DNA of 64,000 nucleotides, taken from positions 64,001 to 128,000 of the IMG/VR virus record IMGVR_UViG_3300005573_000058. One strand, written 5' to 3'. The stretch comes from a virus. The notes under the pieces were generated by a model. That model saw only the letters and a program-made list of their open reading frames with translations, was not told the origin of the DNA and did not search any database. Of this stretch, positions 18,292 to 28,471 are shown piece by piece. Position 1 is the first letter of the stretch, and the number at the start of each line of letters is the position of its first letter. A program made the position numbers and the translations under genes.

Positions 18292-18529
18292 TAAATAATG
18301 AATAAGGCAGGTAGCTAATGTTGAAATAGAGCGGAAAGCCACCTGCCTTGTTCTGTTAAAAAGGGAGGTTGTAATGATAGTTTTAGAGTATTTAGCAAGT
18401 ATTACATTCTTTATTGTTACTTTTAGATTCGTCGATGGTATGATAAACAAAGTAAATAGAAAGTTTGGTAATATGAAGAATGTCAAAAAGATAGATATAA
18501 GAAAATTAATATAAAAAAAGGAGGATAAA

Positions 18530-18703
18530 ATGTATAAAAGTCATAGTAAAAAGACTAAAATAGGTAAATGTTGTATATGTGGTAAAACAGTGTATCATGA
18601 GGACTTAGCAAAAGACTGTGTAAAGTTTGCTGAGTTTTATATGACTGGCTTGTGCAGCGAATGTCAAGATTTTGTATTTAAAGAACAGGCAGAAGAAGAA
18701 TGA
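18530..18703 (+). CDS. Small Zn-finger protein (57 aa, not in ORF track)
   Basis: CCICGK...EFYMTGLCSECQD; SD. Confidence 0.7.
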   Translation: MYKSHSKKTKIGKCCICGKTVYHEDLAKDCVKFAEFYMTGLCSECQDFVFKEQAEEE

Positions 18704-18714
18704 AAGGAGGATAT

Positions 18715-18915
18715 ATGTTTGCTAAAATCGAGAAGGAATGTATTATTGAAAGATTTTTTATTGTATGTCCTCATTGTGGTGAAGTTATTGAAGGGTCTTC
18801 AAGAGAACAAGTATGGAGAGAAGCACTAGAGAAGGGTTGGAGATATGATGAGGGAGAGGGTACAATATGTTGTAAAAATTGTTGTTCTTATTATCAAAAA
18901 ATAAAGGAGGTATAA
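18715..18915 (+). CDS. Small Zn-finger protein
   Basis: CPHCG...GW...CKNC. Confidence 0.75.
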   Translation: MFAKIEKECIIERFFIVCPHCGEVIEGSSREQVWREALEKGWRYDEGEGTICCKNCCSYYQKIKEV

Positions 18916-18916
18916 T

Positions 18917-19225
18917 ATGTCGTTATTTTTTATAATTTTTGCTATAGTAAATGTTGCAGCTTGTATAGTTGCATGGTTTCTTGAATCGAAGAAAGGTATA
19001 TATTACATTAAATATGTTAAAGATAATATGAACAAATGGAAGACAGTAATGGTGCCATTCTATGTAGCAAAAGCTATTTTCTTAATGTTTCCATTATTTG
19101 TTGATATAGCAGTAACTATGGGACTGATAGCTATCTTCAACTTTGGTGGTTGGTATGGAGGAGTATTAGGATTGTTTGCTTCTAATTTGATATCGTTGTT
19201 GATAATTAGAACGTTAGTAATGTAA
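18917..19225 (+). CDS. Membrane protein
   Basis: Three hydrophobic segments. Confidence 0.75.
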   Translation: MSLFFIIFAIVNVAACIVAWFLESKKGIYYIKYVKDNMNKWKTVMVPFYVAKAIFLMFPLFVDIAVTMGLIAIFNFGGWYGGVLGLFASNLISLLIIRTLVM

Positions 19226-19280
19226 TTATAAAAAAACAAGGCACCACTGTTATCAGTGGTGCCTTAAAAAAGGAGGTTAT

Positions 19281-19598
19281 ATGTTAAATTTTTTAGCAGT
19301 TATAAAAAGAAGTGTAAGTGAAAGAAAGGCTGTCTTAGAGTTAAGACAGCTCAAGCATGAGTTATATGATAATCTGATAAATATTGGCAGAGGAGAACAT
19401 AATGTTGAAGTTGTTAAGAAGATCATTAGAATAATTGATCATATATCTGATAAATATAAAGATGAATTTGAAGATCTTGATAGTGTAACATTATATTTAT
19501 GTTGCTATTCAAGATTTAAACTATTCATGTTAAAAATAAGAGCATTATTTAGCAGAGAAAGTCTTGACAAATTGATAAAAAATGTTATATTTAAATAG
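19281..19598 (+). CDS. Hypothetical protein
   Basis: ORF with SD. Confidence 0.7.
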   Translation: MLNFLAVIKRSVSERKAVLELRQLKHELYDNLINIGRGEHNVEVVKKIIRIIDHISDKYKDEFEDLDSVTLYLCCYSRFKLFMLKIRALFSRESLDKLIKNVIFK

Positions 19599-19615
19599 GA
19601 GAGAAGGAGGTATAT

Positions 19616-19831
19616 ATGAAACTGAGTGAAGATCTATGTAAAGATATTGACTTATATAGAGTATATTATGCTCAAAAGAAAAAAAGAAGAAAGAAGAAAA
19701 TGTTAGATAAGATTGATAAGATTAAGAGAATAAAAAGTATGAGTAGGTCTAGAATACCTTCAGTAAAGATAATGCATCGTTCAAAAAGACATGAAAATGA
19801 TTGGAAGTATAGAGTAAACGATGAGGAGTAA
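19616..19831 (+). CDS. Small basic protein; paralog of pseudogene 11197-11352
   Basis: RIK...IP..KI...H.NDWKY. Confidence 0.75.
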   Translation: MKLSEDLCKDIDLYRVYYAQKKKRRKKKMLDKIDKIKRIKSMSRSRIPSVKIMHRSKRHENDWKYRVNDEE

Positions 19832-19874
19832 TTTACTCCTCATCGTTTTTTGATTTTAAAAAGAAGGAGGTAAA

Positions 19875-20933
19875 ATGTTAGTAGTTCATTCGTTAAATAA
19901 AGTAAATATGCTTGATATAAAGAGAATTGTAGAAAGATATCTGCAGCAATTTGGTGTTGCAACTTTGAATGTAACGAATGATACATTTGATCTAGGAGAT
20001 GATATAAAGATTATTGAGTCTAGAGTGACATTTCTGCCAAGAAATCAAACTGCTGCTAATAAATATGCATTTGTTGAGAAGGAGACATATGGAGAGGTCT
20101 TCCTTCAAGGTAGGAATATTTTTAATATTTCTACTGATGATAAAGTTCAGAAGCAGATGTATAGAATGTTATTTGAAACAGAAGAAGGTGATCTATCATT
20201 ATTGTTCATATTAAGAGCATTATATAAACAGAATAAAATGAAGATCATAATGTTAGAAAATGTTGGTAAAGAATATTTTAAGACTGGTCAGATTGGAATT
20301 GAGATTACTGATAATTGTAACGATCTGACTTTTAGAAAGTTATTAGATATGACAATAGAAGATGTAAAGAAAGAGAAGATGGTACAAAAAGAATATAATT
20401 TGAAAGATAAAAAGTATGTTGAAAGAACATTAGAATATCTTCCAGCATATTTAATATATCCTCTAGCATTGAATGTTAGAACACATTCAGTAGGTATAGC
20501 AAGAGAAAATAATGTTATCTTTCAGAACGATAGAATAGTATCATTGCCATATATGCTACCATTGCCAGTTTATTATATTGATAAAAGTAGGATACAAGTA
20601 ACTGAAAATCAGAAAGAGTATGTTAAAATGGAAATTGATGTGGATGAGAGTATTATAACAAAAGGTTCAGTTGATATCGACTTAGATATGAAGAGTGAAA
20701 CTTCAGCTATTGTTTCTAAGAGCAATTATCTGTTTACTAGTAAGAACAAGTTTACAAAGTTTTATAAGGAGAAGGATATTTTAAAGAAGTTGAACATTGC
20801 AAATGAGATAGAGAAAGATCTTGAATATGTTGATTTACAGGAGATTATACGTAGAAATATTAGCGATATAGAACAGATGAAAACAATGCAATTTGATCTT
20901 CCAGAGACAAAGCTTATAGCATGTTACAAATAG
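19875..20933 (+). CDS. Hypothetical protein, paralog of 39142-40386
   Basis: Shared RVTF.PRN....KYA..E...G, LPY.L and E..I..K...ANEI. Confidence 0.8.
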   Translation: MLVVHSLNKVNMLDIKRIVERYLQQFGVATLNVTNDTFDLGDDIKIIESRVTFLPRNQTAANKYAFVEKETYGEVFLQGRNIFNISTDDKVQKQMYRMLFETEEGDLSLLFILRALYKQNKMKIIMLENVGKEYFKTGQIGIEITDNCNDLTFRKLLDMTIEDVKKEKMVQKEYNLKDKKYVERTLEYLPAYLIYPLALNVRTHSVGIARENNVIFQNDRIVSLPYMLPLPVYYIDKSRIQVTENQKEYVKMEIDVDESIITKGSVDIDLDMKSETSAIVSKSNYLFTSKNKFTKFYKEKDILKKLNIANEIEKDLEYVDLQEIIRRNISDIEQMKTMQFDLPETKLIACYK

Positions 20934-20941
20934 GAAGAGAT

Positions 20942-21091
20942 ATGAAAGTAAACATATATCAACTTAACTTAAATCTTAAATCTGATTGCGACGCCTGTAA
21001 GTTTGAATATTGTTTCTCATCATGTAAAAAGGTTAATATAGGTGATGCTACAATCAGGTTAAATTCGTATATAGCAAAGGAAACACTTTAG
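20942..21091 (+). CDS. Small Cys-rich protein (49 aa, paralog family, not in ORF track)
   Basis: MKVNIYQLNLNLKSDCDACKFEYC resembles 15661 (YQLFVNLNLYSICSKCVFTGC). Confidence 0.6.
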   Translation: MKVNIYQLNLNLKSDCDACKFEYCFSSCKKVNIGDATIRLNSYIAKETL

Positions 21092-21200
21092 CAAAGTGAC
21101 GATGACATGTACATTAGTCACCTCTACAACTATAATTAGTATAGCCTTCGGCTGATTATCAGCGGAGGCTATACTAATATTTAATTAGGAGGAAGTTAAT

Positions 21201-21395
21201 ATGCTTTATATTCAATTAGACAAAAATGTAAAGGGTGTATTTAATATTTATTGCAAATCGTGTTCTTTTAGTAGCATCCCAAATTGTAGACTTCTTGTTT
21301 TTAGGAGAGGTGAGACTGAACAAGCATGTAAAGTATTTGAGTCTACTTGTGTCAGGACATGGTCACTTGTATATATAAAAGAAGATAATATTTAG
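21201..21395 (+). CDS. Small Cys-rich protein (paralog family)
   Basis: YIQL and CKSC; SD. Confidence 0.65.
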   Translation: MLYIQLDKNVKGVFNIYCKSCSFSSIPNCRLLVFRRGETEQACKVFESTCVRTWSLVYIKEDNI

Positions 21396-21435
21396 CGTTT
21401 TATGTTTAATTTTTTTTAAAAAAAGGAGGAAAATT

Positions 21436-23523
21436 ATGAAAAATAAAAAGCAAGTTTTAAAAGCTGCCCCGATAAAATTGGTAAAGGGGCAGAGATTTGT
21501 AATGCTTAGACATATAGTAGTTAAGAAAGATGGTACATTTGAAATAACAGATGGTAAGTATGTTAACATCGATGTAGGACAGAATAAATTAGCATTGAAT
21601 ATGTGGAGATATATGGCTAAATTTGTTGATGAAAAAGGTAAGAATATTGTACCATCAAAAGATGTATTAAAAAAGTTAGAAGATCAATATGAAATTACAT
21701 ATATTCATACTGGTCATAGAGGAACTGAGGCTAGAGTATTGTTAAAGAAGTTCAACAAAGTTGAAAGATATCTGAAAGGATTACCTGTTGAAAAGAAAAT
21801 AGCAAGAAGAAAGCTGTTTTTAAGAAGAAAGATAGACGACTTCAGATCATATGGTATAGATAAAATAAGAATAATAAATGTTCCAAAAGAGTATGAAAAA
21901 TATGTAGATGGTGTAATATTCTATAAAGGCAAAGAGATTATGAAAGGTGATAAGAACAGAAGAAACTTAGAAGGAGCAGAAGTGAAAGGATTTGCAAAAG
22001 GATCATTGATGAATGTTAATAAGTCAAAGTTCTTTAAGAAGTTAATAGGAGATGTACAAGAAGATGAATTAGTTATACCATCTTGTAACGTTAAAATGAG
22101 GAAAGATTTAAAATATACAATAGATGATATATGGATAGCTGAATATGCAAAGACAAGAGCTGTTGTTAAAGATGAATTAGAATATGGTATAGCAGCGATG
22201 ATAAAAAATGTAAAACCTATTGATGTACCTGAATGGACATTAGAAAGGATATATGAACTTGTAAAGTTGACTGATAATGATAACATGGCAAGTGCATTGT
22301 TAAAGGCAGGTGTACCATTGAATGATCAGTATTTTGTTCAATCAGCAGAACCTATTATATCTGCTGAGATAAGTAGAATATTTAGAATCGGATATGGATT
22401 AACAGGATTTGCTGTTGCTCTGCCAAAGGCAGGTAAGGTTGATGAAATTGTCGTTGGTAAAAGAATTGCAAAGTGGTTGAATATAAAGAAAGGAGGAACT
22501 GTTGTTCTTACAAGAAATCCAATTCCAGGTATATTAGGACTACTGAGAGTAAAAGTTAAAAAGATTGTAGATAAAGATGTTATTTATGTTCATCCAGATA
22601 TATGGACAGGTGTATTGAAAGGAGACTATGATGGTGATCTGTGTCAGTTGATTGTTGATTATCCAGAGCTTAAAGAACATGCATTTGAGCCAGCTCATGC
22701 TCTAAAGCTAGTTGAAAAAGCAAATAAGATGATAGAGAAAGAAGATAGTACAGAAGAAAATCTGCAGCAAACAGAACTTGATGTATATCATGCTATTGTA
22801 TCAAATGCAGCTGCTGTAGGTATATTGACGATGGAATGGTTAGAAAGGATGAATGAATATCATAAGATGTCAAAAGATAAAAGAGCTGTTCAAATGTATG
22901 TTGATTTTGAAGACATTCAAAAGAGTATAGATGGAATGAAACATGATGCATATAAGAATGCTGTTAAGCTTGCTGATAGAATTAAGAATATTATGAGAAC
23001 GAGACAAGTAAATAGCTATTTAAGAGCTATAAGGAATGTTAATATATCTTATGAGAATAGAATAGAAGTTATAAGAAGTGCAAATTATACATCAGATGAT
23101 ATTTATGAAAAGATTGTATGTAGAAGAAGAAATGCTATAAAGGGATTAGATAGTATTGGTAGTCAAACAGTTGAATATGATTATAGAAGTGCAGCAAAGA
23201 AGATGTTAAAAGAGGTTAATATCGACTCTGAAAGATTACAGAAAGCAAGACAGATGGTGATTAAGTTTCATAGTAAAAATGGATATTCGGAAATGGCTAC
23301 TATTGAGTTAGCTAAGAAGTTGTACAAAACGCTGAAGCTTAAAAAGAATATAGTAGCATTGCTAGAAGCAAGTACATATCCAAGAGGAGTTGGAAGAGCA
23401 GCAATGTTGAGTCTGCCAACTGCAAAAAAGATAGTGAAACTAGCAATTCAAGATATGAACGATGTTAAAGAAATAATAGAACAAGATATAAAAGAAGTTA
23501 AGAAGATAATAAATCAGCCATGA
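21436..23523 (+). CDS. Second single-subunit two-barrel (YonO/RdRP-like) RNA polymerase
   Basis: VDGVIF, GAEVKGFAKG, VLTRNP, KGDYDGD, SIDGMKH; colinear with the polymerase part of 2805-5396. Confidence 0.8.
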   Translation: MKNKKQVLKAAPIKLVKGQRFVMLRHIVVKKDGTFEITDGKYVNIDVGQNKLALNMWRYMAKFVDEKGKNIVPSKDVLKKLEDQYEITYIHTGHRGTEARVLLKKFNKVERYLKGLPVEKKIARRKLFLRRKIDDFRSYGIDKIRIINVPKEYEKYVDGVIFYKGKEIMKGDKNRRNLEGAEVKGFAKGSLMNVNKSKFFKKLIGDVQEDELVIPSCNVKMRKDLKYTIDDIWIAEYAKTRAVVKDELEYGIAAMIKNVKPIDVPEWTLERIYELVKLTDNDNMASALLKAGVPLNDQYFVQSAEPIISAEISRIFRIGYGLTGFAVALPKAGKVDEIVVGKRIAKWLNIKKGGTVVLTRNPIPGILGLLRVKVKKIVDKDVIYVHPDIWTGVLKGDYDGDLCQLIVDYPELKEHAFEPAHALKLVEKANKMIEKEDSTEENLQQTELDVYHAIVSNAAAVGILTMEWLERMNEYHKMSKDKRAVQMYVDFEDIQKSIDGMKHDAYKNAVKLADRIKNIMRTRQVNSYLRAIRNVNISYENRIEVIRSANYTSDDIYEKIVCRRRNAIKGLDSIGSQTVEYDYRSAAKKMLKEVNIDSERLQKARQMVIKFHSKNGYSEMATIELAKKLYKTLKLKKNIVALLEASTYPRGVGRAAMLSLPTAKKIVKLAIQDMNDVKEIIEQDIKEVKKIINQP

Positions 23524-23535
23524 GCAAAAGTTACA

Positions 23536-23571
23536 AGAAGACCATAGACTCGTTCTATGGTCTTCTTTTTT
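23536..23571 (+). terminator. Rho-independent terminator
   Basis: AGAAGACCATAGA/TCTATGGTCTTCT stem plus T run. Confidence 0.8.
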
Positions 23572-23593
23572 GATAAGTATAAATAATTGTATA

Positions 23594-23830
23594 TCAATGG
23601 AAATTGATAAGCTATATGATGCCAAATTAAGCATTAACTACATTTACATTCCGTTAATGCTTTCACTGGCATCATATATGCAGAAGTGAATAACTTCTGA
23701 AAAAAAATTTTTAAATTGAGATACAAGATTCAATGGAAATTGAAAGTTATCGAAACAGTTTATTTTATTCCGCACATTTCATGTGCTTGTAAAATAAACT
23801 GTTTCAGAAGTGAACAGCTTCTGAAAAAAA
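23594..23830 (+). repeat. Two-unit structured repeat (constant hairpin, variable long hairpin, constant hairpin)
   Basis: TCAATGGAAATTGA at 23594 and 23730; CAGAAGTGAAYARCTTCTG plus A tract at 23681 and 23805. Confidence 0.75.
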
Positions 23831-23856
23831 TGTATATTTATTAAAAGGAGGTATAT

Positions 23857-24099
23857 ATGAAAGGAGACATGAAGAAGTCTGTATATGTAGATTATGATGA
23901 AGAAGCTAAAATGTATTATATCAGGGTCGTACATAGTTATAAAATAGAGCGTCCTCAGGAAAGACTAGGTAAGAAGATCAATAAGCCTGATTGGAGACAG
24001 ATAAATAAGATTGTAAAAGTTATGCAAGAATTTTGGAACGTACAGCAGTATTTAGCTGATATTTATAAAAGTAAAGAAAAATGTACAGGGGAGGAATAA
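23857..24099 (+). CDS. Hypothetical protein
   Basis: ORF with SD. Confidence 0.7.
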   Translation: MKGDMKKSVYVDYDEEAKMYYIRVVHSYKIERPQERLGKKINKPDWRQINKIVKVMQEFWNVQQYLADIYKSKEKCTGEE

Positions 24100-24163
24100 T
24101 GGATAATAAAGAGAAGTTAAATAGTTTATTTTTTTTAAAAAAAAATAACAAAAAGGAGGTTAA

Positions 24164-25321
24164 ATGAGTAATAAAACAATTCAAAGTAATGATTTATTAG
24201 TTTTGTCGCCAAAAGGTATAAAAGAGTTGGTAAGTTATTTTGTAAAGGCTGATATTCCTATATTGATCTGGGGTCAAACAGGAGTTGGTAAAACTCAGAT
24301 AGTAAAACAGATCGCACAAGAGAATGGTTATGATATGTTAGCGTTGTATCTAAATCAAGCTGATACATTAGGTGATTTATTAGGATTGCCGTATGTGAAT
24401 GCTGAAAAAGGTATAACTGAATTTTTACCGCCGCCAATAATTAAAGCAGCTGAACATGCTGAAAAGCCAACTATTTTATTCTTAGATGAGATAAACAGAT
24501 GTAGGAAAGAATTTAGAAATGCTATATATAGGTTAGTTCAGGAGAGAGTATTAGATCAGAGGAAGTTAAATGTCAGAATAGTAGCTGCTGCGAATCCATC
24601 GACAGATAAATATTTTGATACAGAAGAATTTGATGAAGCATTTCTAAATAGATTTGCACATGTTGGTATGAAATCTGATCTAACTGATTGGAAAGAATTT
24701 GCACATAGGAGAGGAGTCCATCCAACTGTTATTTCTTTTGCAAGTGAGTCAACAGCTTTTAGCAACGATCCTATAACATTTTCTAAGATAGTAACGCCAA
24801 GAGATCTTATTGAGAGTTTATCTAAGATTGTAAACATTATAGAAAATGATAAAGAACTTACTGAAGACGATAAATATAGGTTAATCGAGGAATCAGCAAA
24901 AGCGATATTAGGAATAGGTAAAGGTATTGCTTATACAAAAATGTATAAAGATTTGGAAAAGCCAATTCAGCCAGATGAATGGTTGCTGTCATCTAAAGAG
25001 AATCTTTCTAATAAGCTGAATGAACTTATCAGCAAAGGTCAAACTGATATAGTTATTAGTTCAGTCTATAATATTGCAAGAATTGATGCAAAGAAGATAA
25101 ATGATACATCAGCTAAGAAGATAATTAATGTATTATTAGAACAAACAGCTGAGATTATTGTTAATGCTATTATGATTTTGCCAGAAGTTGGACAAGATGT
25201 ATATCAGAAGATTTTAGAGTTAGCTCCAAATGAAGCAAGAAAGTTAGTAAGTGTTTATACGGAAAAAATGGATTTATTTAATAAACAAACTAAGAATGCG
25301 AATGGGAAAAGTAAAAGTTAA
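24164..25321 (+). CDS. MoxR-like AAA+ ATPase
   Basis: WGQTGVGKT, LFLDEINR, AANP, AFLNRF. Confidence 0.9.
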   Translation: MSNKTIQSNDLLVLSPKGIKELVSYFVKADIPILIWGQTGVGKTQIVKQIAQENGYDMLALYLNQADTLGDLLGLPYVNAEKGITEFLPPPIIKAAEHAEKPTILFLDEINRCRKEFRNAIYRLVQERVLDQRKLNVRIVAAANPSTDKYFDTEEFDEAFLNRFAHVGMKSDLTDWKEFAHRRGVHPTVISFASESTAFSNDPITFSKIVTPRDLIESLSKIVNIIENDKELTEDDKYRLIEESAKAILGIGKGIAYTKMYKDLEKPIQPDEWLLSSKENLSNKLNELISKGQTDIVISSVYNIARIDAKKINDTSAKKIINVLLEQTAEIIVNAIMILPEVGQDVYQKILELAPNEARKLVSVYTEKMDLFNKQTKNANGKSKS

Positions 25322-25546
25322 AAGGAGGTAATATGAAAGATGTAAGAAATATTATTAAATTTTTAAAGGATGAAATAAGATGTATAAGACAGGAATATGA
25401 TGTAGATTTATGGGATCAGACAGATATTTCATCGCTTGATAGTACAGAAGCATTTAATAGAGGTGTCTATAGAGCATATGTACAGATATTAGAGATGCTT
25501 GACAGTATTATTAAAAAAGAAGGTAAAGAAAATCATAGGAGGTTAA

Positions 25547-27487
25547 ATGAGTCTAAAAGATGAACTCCAAAGAGTAAGAATGGCATCATTGTCAGATGAA
25601 GATTGGTTAGGAATATTCATATTAGAGTTTGCAAAAAGATATGAGTTTTATGGACATCTTGTGTATCAGTTTAGAAGAAGATTAGTTGATCAGAAGATAT
25701 CATATATGGGTACGCCGTTGTTTATGCAGATTGAGATGCCACTTGGAAGTTCAACATTGATAGATAGAAAATTTGTTGATGCAACTTTAGTATCATGTAT
25801 TGAAAATATGAAAACACTGCCTTTTAATCAGGTGATTGGAATTTTGCATCATGAGATATTACATTTTACTAATATGCATTCAATAAGAGGGTTAAATATT
25901 GCGAAACAAATAGCAAAAGAGGTAGGAGTATTAGATCCAAAAGAGTTATATGATAATCCTGTATTTACAGCAATTTTGAATATTGCTGCAGATGCATCTA
26001 TTAATGAATATGTTAGGGAATTTGACGAATACAGAGATGGTATAGTTACGATATCTTCTATCAACAAAGAATATAAACTGAAGTTAAGTCCTGGAGCATC
26101 TTTTGAAGAGATATTCTTCTCTTTATATAAATTTGAAAAAGATAAGATAAAGAAAGCGCAGAAAAGTATTCATGAAATAAGGAAAGTTATACAACAGATT
26201 AATCAGAAGATACAGCAAGCATCTCAGAATAGAAATAAGCAGATAAAGCAGATAACAGAGAAGCTAAAGAAAGAAGCAGGTGAGTATAATAGTAAAGCTA
26301 ATAGCCAACAGAGTCAACAGTTGAAAGATCAGGCAGATAGTATAGATCAGAAATCTGATGAGATGAAAGATGCTGAGAGTAAAGGAGATAATAGAAAGCA
26401 GCAGCAAGTAGAAGATGAAATGAAGAAAATGGCAGGTCAAATGAAAGAGCAGATAGATGAAACAGAACAACAACAGCAGGAAGAAGAAGGAAAAGATAAC
26501 CTCAATAGAATGAAAGATTTAATTAAACAGTTAGAAGACATGTTAAATGGTCAGCAACAAAATCAACAGCAAAATCAGCAACAAAATCAACAACATGAAC
26601 AGGAAGAAGGTAACGATGAAGATCAAAGTGATCAACAGAATAATAGCAGTTTAAAAGATTTGATAAATCAGCTGGAGAAAAACTTTAGCAATCAGCTGAA
26701 AGAGTTAAGAAAGCTATTATCAACACCAATAGCTTTAGCTGATGAGAAAGATAAAGATAATATAGAACAGATGACAAAAGCAAAGATATATAATGCATAT
26801 AAACAGACATCAGATAAAGGTAGAGGATCTATTCCATCGGACGTGTTAGAGATCATAGAAAGTATTGAAAAGCCAGTAAGTATACCTCTTCATCAGTTCT
26901 TAAGAAGAATAGCAAATAGTTATGCTAAACAGAATAGGACATTGTCGTTCAGGAGATATGATAAAAGATATGGTACAGTGCCTGGTGATATAGTTAGTAA
27001 TAAAGAGACTGTCGCATTTATATTAGATGTATCTGGTTCAATGTCAAATGAATTGTTAGCAGAGGGTGTTGCATTTTTGAATACTATATCGAAAGATTAT
27101 GAAACTATTATGTGTCAGATTGATACTGAACTAAAATTAGATCGGATAAAAATACTAAATAGAAGAGTAGATAAACTAGAAGTCGAAGGCAGAGGCGGAA
27201 CAGATTTTAACGATTTATTCAGATTAATGAAAGGTGAAGAACTGGAACAACATGAGATAAAGTATTATAAGTTGTTGAAAAGAGCTGCAACTGTGTTCAT
27301 ATTTACTGATACAAATGCTAGTATAGATACTAGAAGATATAATCAAAAAGAGATAAAACAATCTGTTGTATTTATAACTGATAGTAAATATATATACAAT
27401 GAAGTATTAGATTTTGGTGGTGTAGTTATAAAATATGATAAAAATAATAAGATATATGAAGTAATAAGAGGAGGCATATATGAATAA
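25547..27487 (+). CDS. Metallopeptidase-like (HEXXH) plus vWA domain protein, MoxR partner
   Basis: HHEILH, NIAADASIN, Q/N-rich linker, DVSGS MIDAS motif, GRGGTDF. Confidence 0.85.
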   Translation: MSLKDELQRVRMASLSDEDWLGIFILEFAKRYEFYGHLVYQFRRRLVDQKISYMGTPLFMQIEMPLGSSTLIDRKFVDATLVSCIENMKTLPFNQVIGILHHEILHFTNMHSIRGLNIAKQIAKEVGVLDPKELYDNPVFTAILNIAADASINEYVREFDEYRDGIVTISSINKEYKLKLSPGASFEEIFFSLYKFEKDKIKKAQKSIHEIRKVIQQINQKIQQASQNRNKQIKQITEKLKKEAGEYNSKANSQQSQQLKDQADSIDQKSDEMKDAESKGDNRKQQQVEDEMKKMAGQMKEQIDETEQQQQEEEGKDNLNRMKDLIKQLEDMLNGQQQNQQQNQQQNQQHEQEEGNDEDQSDQQNNSSLKDLINQLEKNFSNQLKELRKLLSTPIALADEKDKDNIEQMTKAKIYNAYKQTSDKGRGSIPSDVLEIIESIEKPVSIPLHQFLRRIANSYAKQNRTLSFRRYDKRYGTVPGDIVSNKETVAFILDVSGSMSNELLAEGVAFLNTISKDYETIMCQIDTELKLDRIKILNRRVDKLEVEGRGGTDFNDLFRLMKGEELEQHEIKYYKLLKRAATVFIFTDTNASIDTRRYNQKEIKQSVVFITDSKYIYNEVLDFGGVVIKYDKNNKIYEVIRGGIYE

Positions 27488-27944
27488 AAATGTAATAATT
27501 GCCTATGTAGATGGATCTTGGTCATCTAAAAATCCTGATATATCAGGATATGGTGTTGTCATTACTGATGTCAATAACAATGTAATTTATGTAGATAAAG
27601 GTTATATTACAGGAGATGCTACAGTAATGAGACAAGTAGCTGGGGAAGTAGAATCAGTTGTAAGAGCTGTTGATTATGCAATAAAGAATAAATATAGTAA
27701 GATTGTTATTAAGTATGATTATGAAGGAGTAAGAAGTTGGGTTACAGGTGACTGGGAAACAAGGAATGAGTGGACAAGAAGATATTCAGAATGGATGGAT
27801 GATGCGAAGAAAAAAGTGCTGATCAAATTTGAAAAAATAGAATCAAAAGATAATGTAGCAGATATAATGGCAAGAGCATATACGAAAGCAGGAGATGTTC
27901 ATAATAGTGAGAGTAAGTTAAAGAAGGAATTTGATTTAAGATAA
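27480..27944 (+). CDS. Ribonuclease HI (stand-alone paralog of the N-terminal domain of 2805-5396)
   Basis: YVDGSW, RQVAGE, YDYEG, NVAD, HNSES. Confidence 0.9.
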   Translation: MNKNVIIAYVDGSWSSKNPDISGYGVVITDVNNNVIYVDKGYITGDATVMRQVAGEVESVVRAVDYAIKNKYSKIVIKYDYEGVRSWVTGDWETRNEWTRRYSEWMDDAKKKVLIKFEKIESKDNVADIMARAYTKAGDVHNSESKLKKEFDLR

Positions 27945-27982
27945 AGACAGTTATTATAGAAAGAGTAAAAAAGGAGGTAAAT

Positions 27983-28471
27983 ATGAATAGATTTCCAGTT
28001 TGTGCTGCTTTTTATTATGTTATAGCTAAAAGATTAGGATATAAAGAAGATGAAGCGAAGAGTTTAGGATTAGCAAGAGCAATATTTTTTGCAGCAGCAA
28101 AGACAGGATTTAAAAAAGGAACAGGGAAAGTTACAGGTTATGTTAGTTCAGATAAAAAGACAACGAAATCTAATATTGTACCAAAACAGATCATGTTTGC
28201 AGGTCTTTATACGACAGTAGTAGAAAAGAACGGCGAGTTAAGAGCTGTTGTAGGAAAAGTTATTGATCCTAAGCAGTTTGATAGATCAGTTATAAAGTCA
28301 AAGTTTAATCTTATATCACCTAAATCATTTGACTATTTTTGTGCAAAGGTAAATGATCTTATATCAGACTATACAAATGAAGAGTTGAATAATAGTAAGT
28401 TAGCTTATAGTTTATATCAGAGGATAAGAGATGAATACAGAAGTGATGAGTTTTACAAAGAGGTAAAATGA
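27983..28471 (+). CDS. Hypothetical protein
   Basis: ORF with SD. Confidence 0.8.
   Translation: MNRFPVCAAFYYVIAKRLGYKEDEAKSLGLARAIFFAAAKTGFKKGTGKVTGYVSSDKKTTKSNIVPKQIMFAGLYTTVVEKNGELRAVVGKVIDPKQFDRSVIKSKFNLISPKSFDYFCAKVNDLISDYTNEELNNSKLAYSLYQRIRDEYRSDEFYKEVK

Noticed and set aside
2805-23523. Split multisubunit (phiKZ-type) RNAP beta and beta-prime subunits
   Set aside because: Both ORFs are colinear paralogs, each with its own DYDGD and RdRP-like flanking motifs
26550-26600. CAGCAACAAAAT tandem repeats
   Set aside because: They encode the Gln/Asn linker of the vWA protein; ordinary coding low complexity
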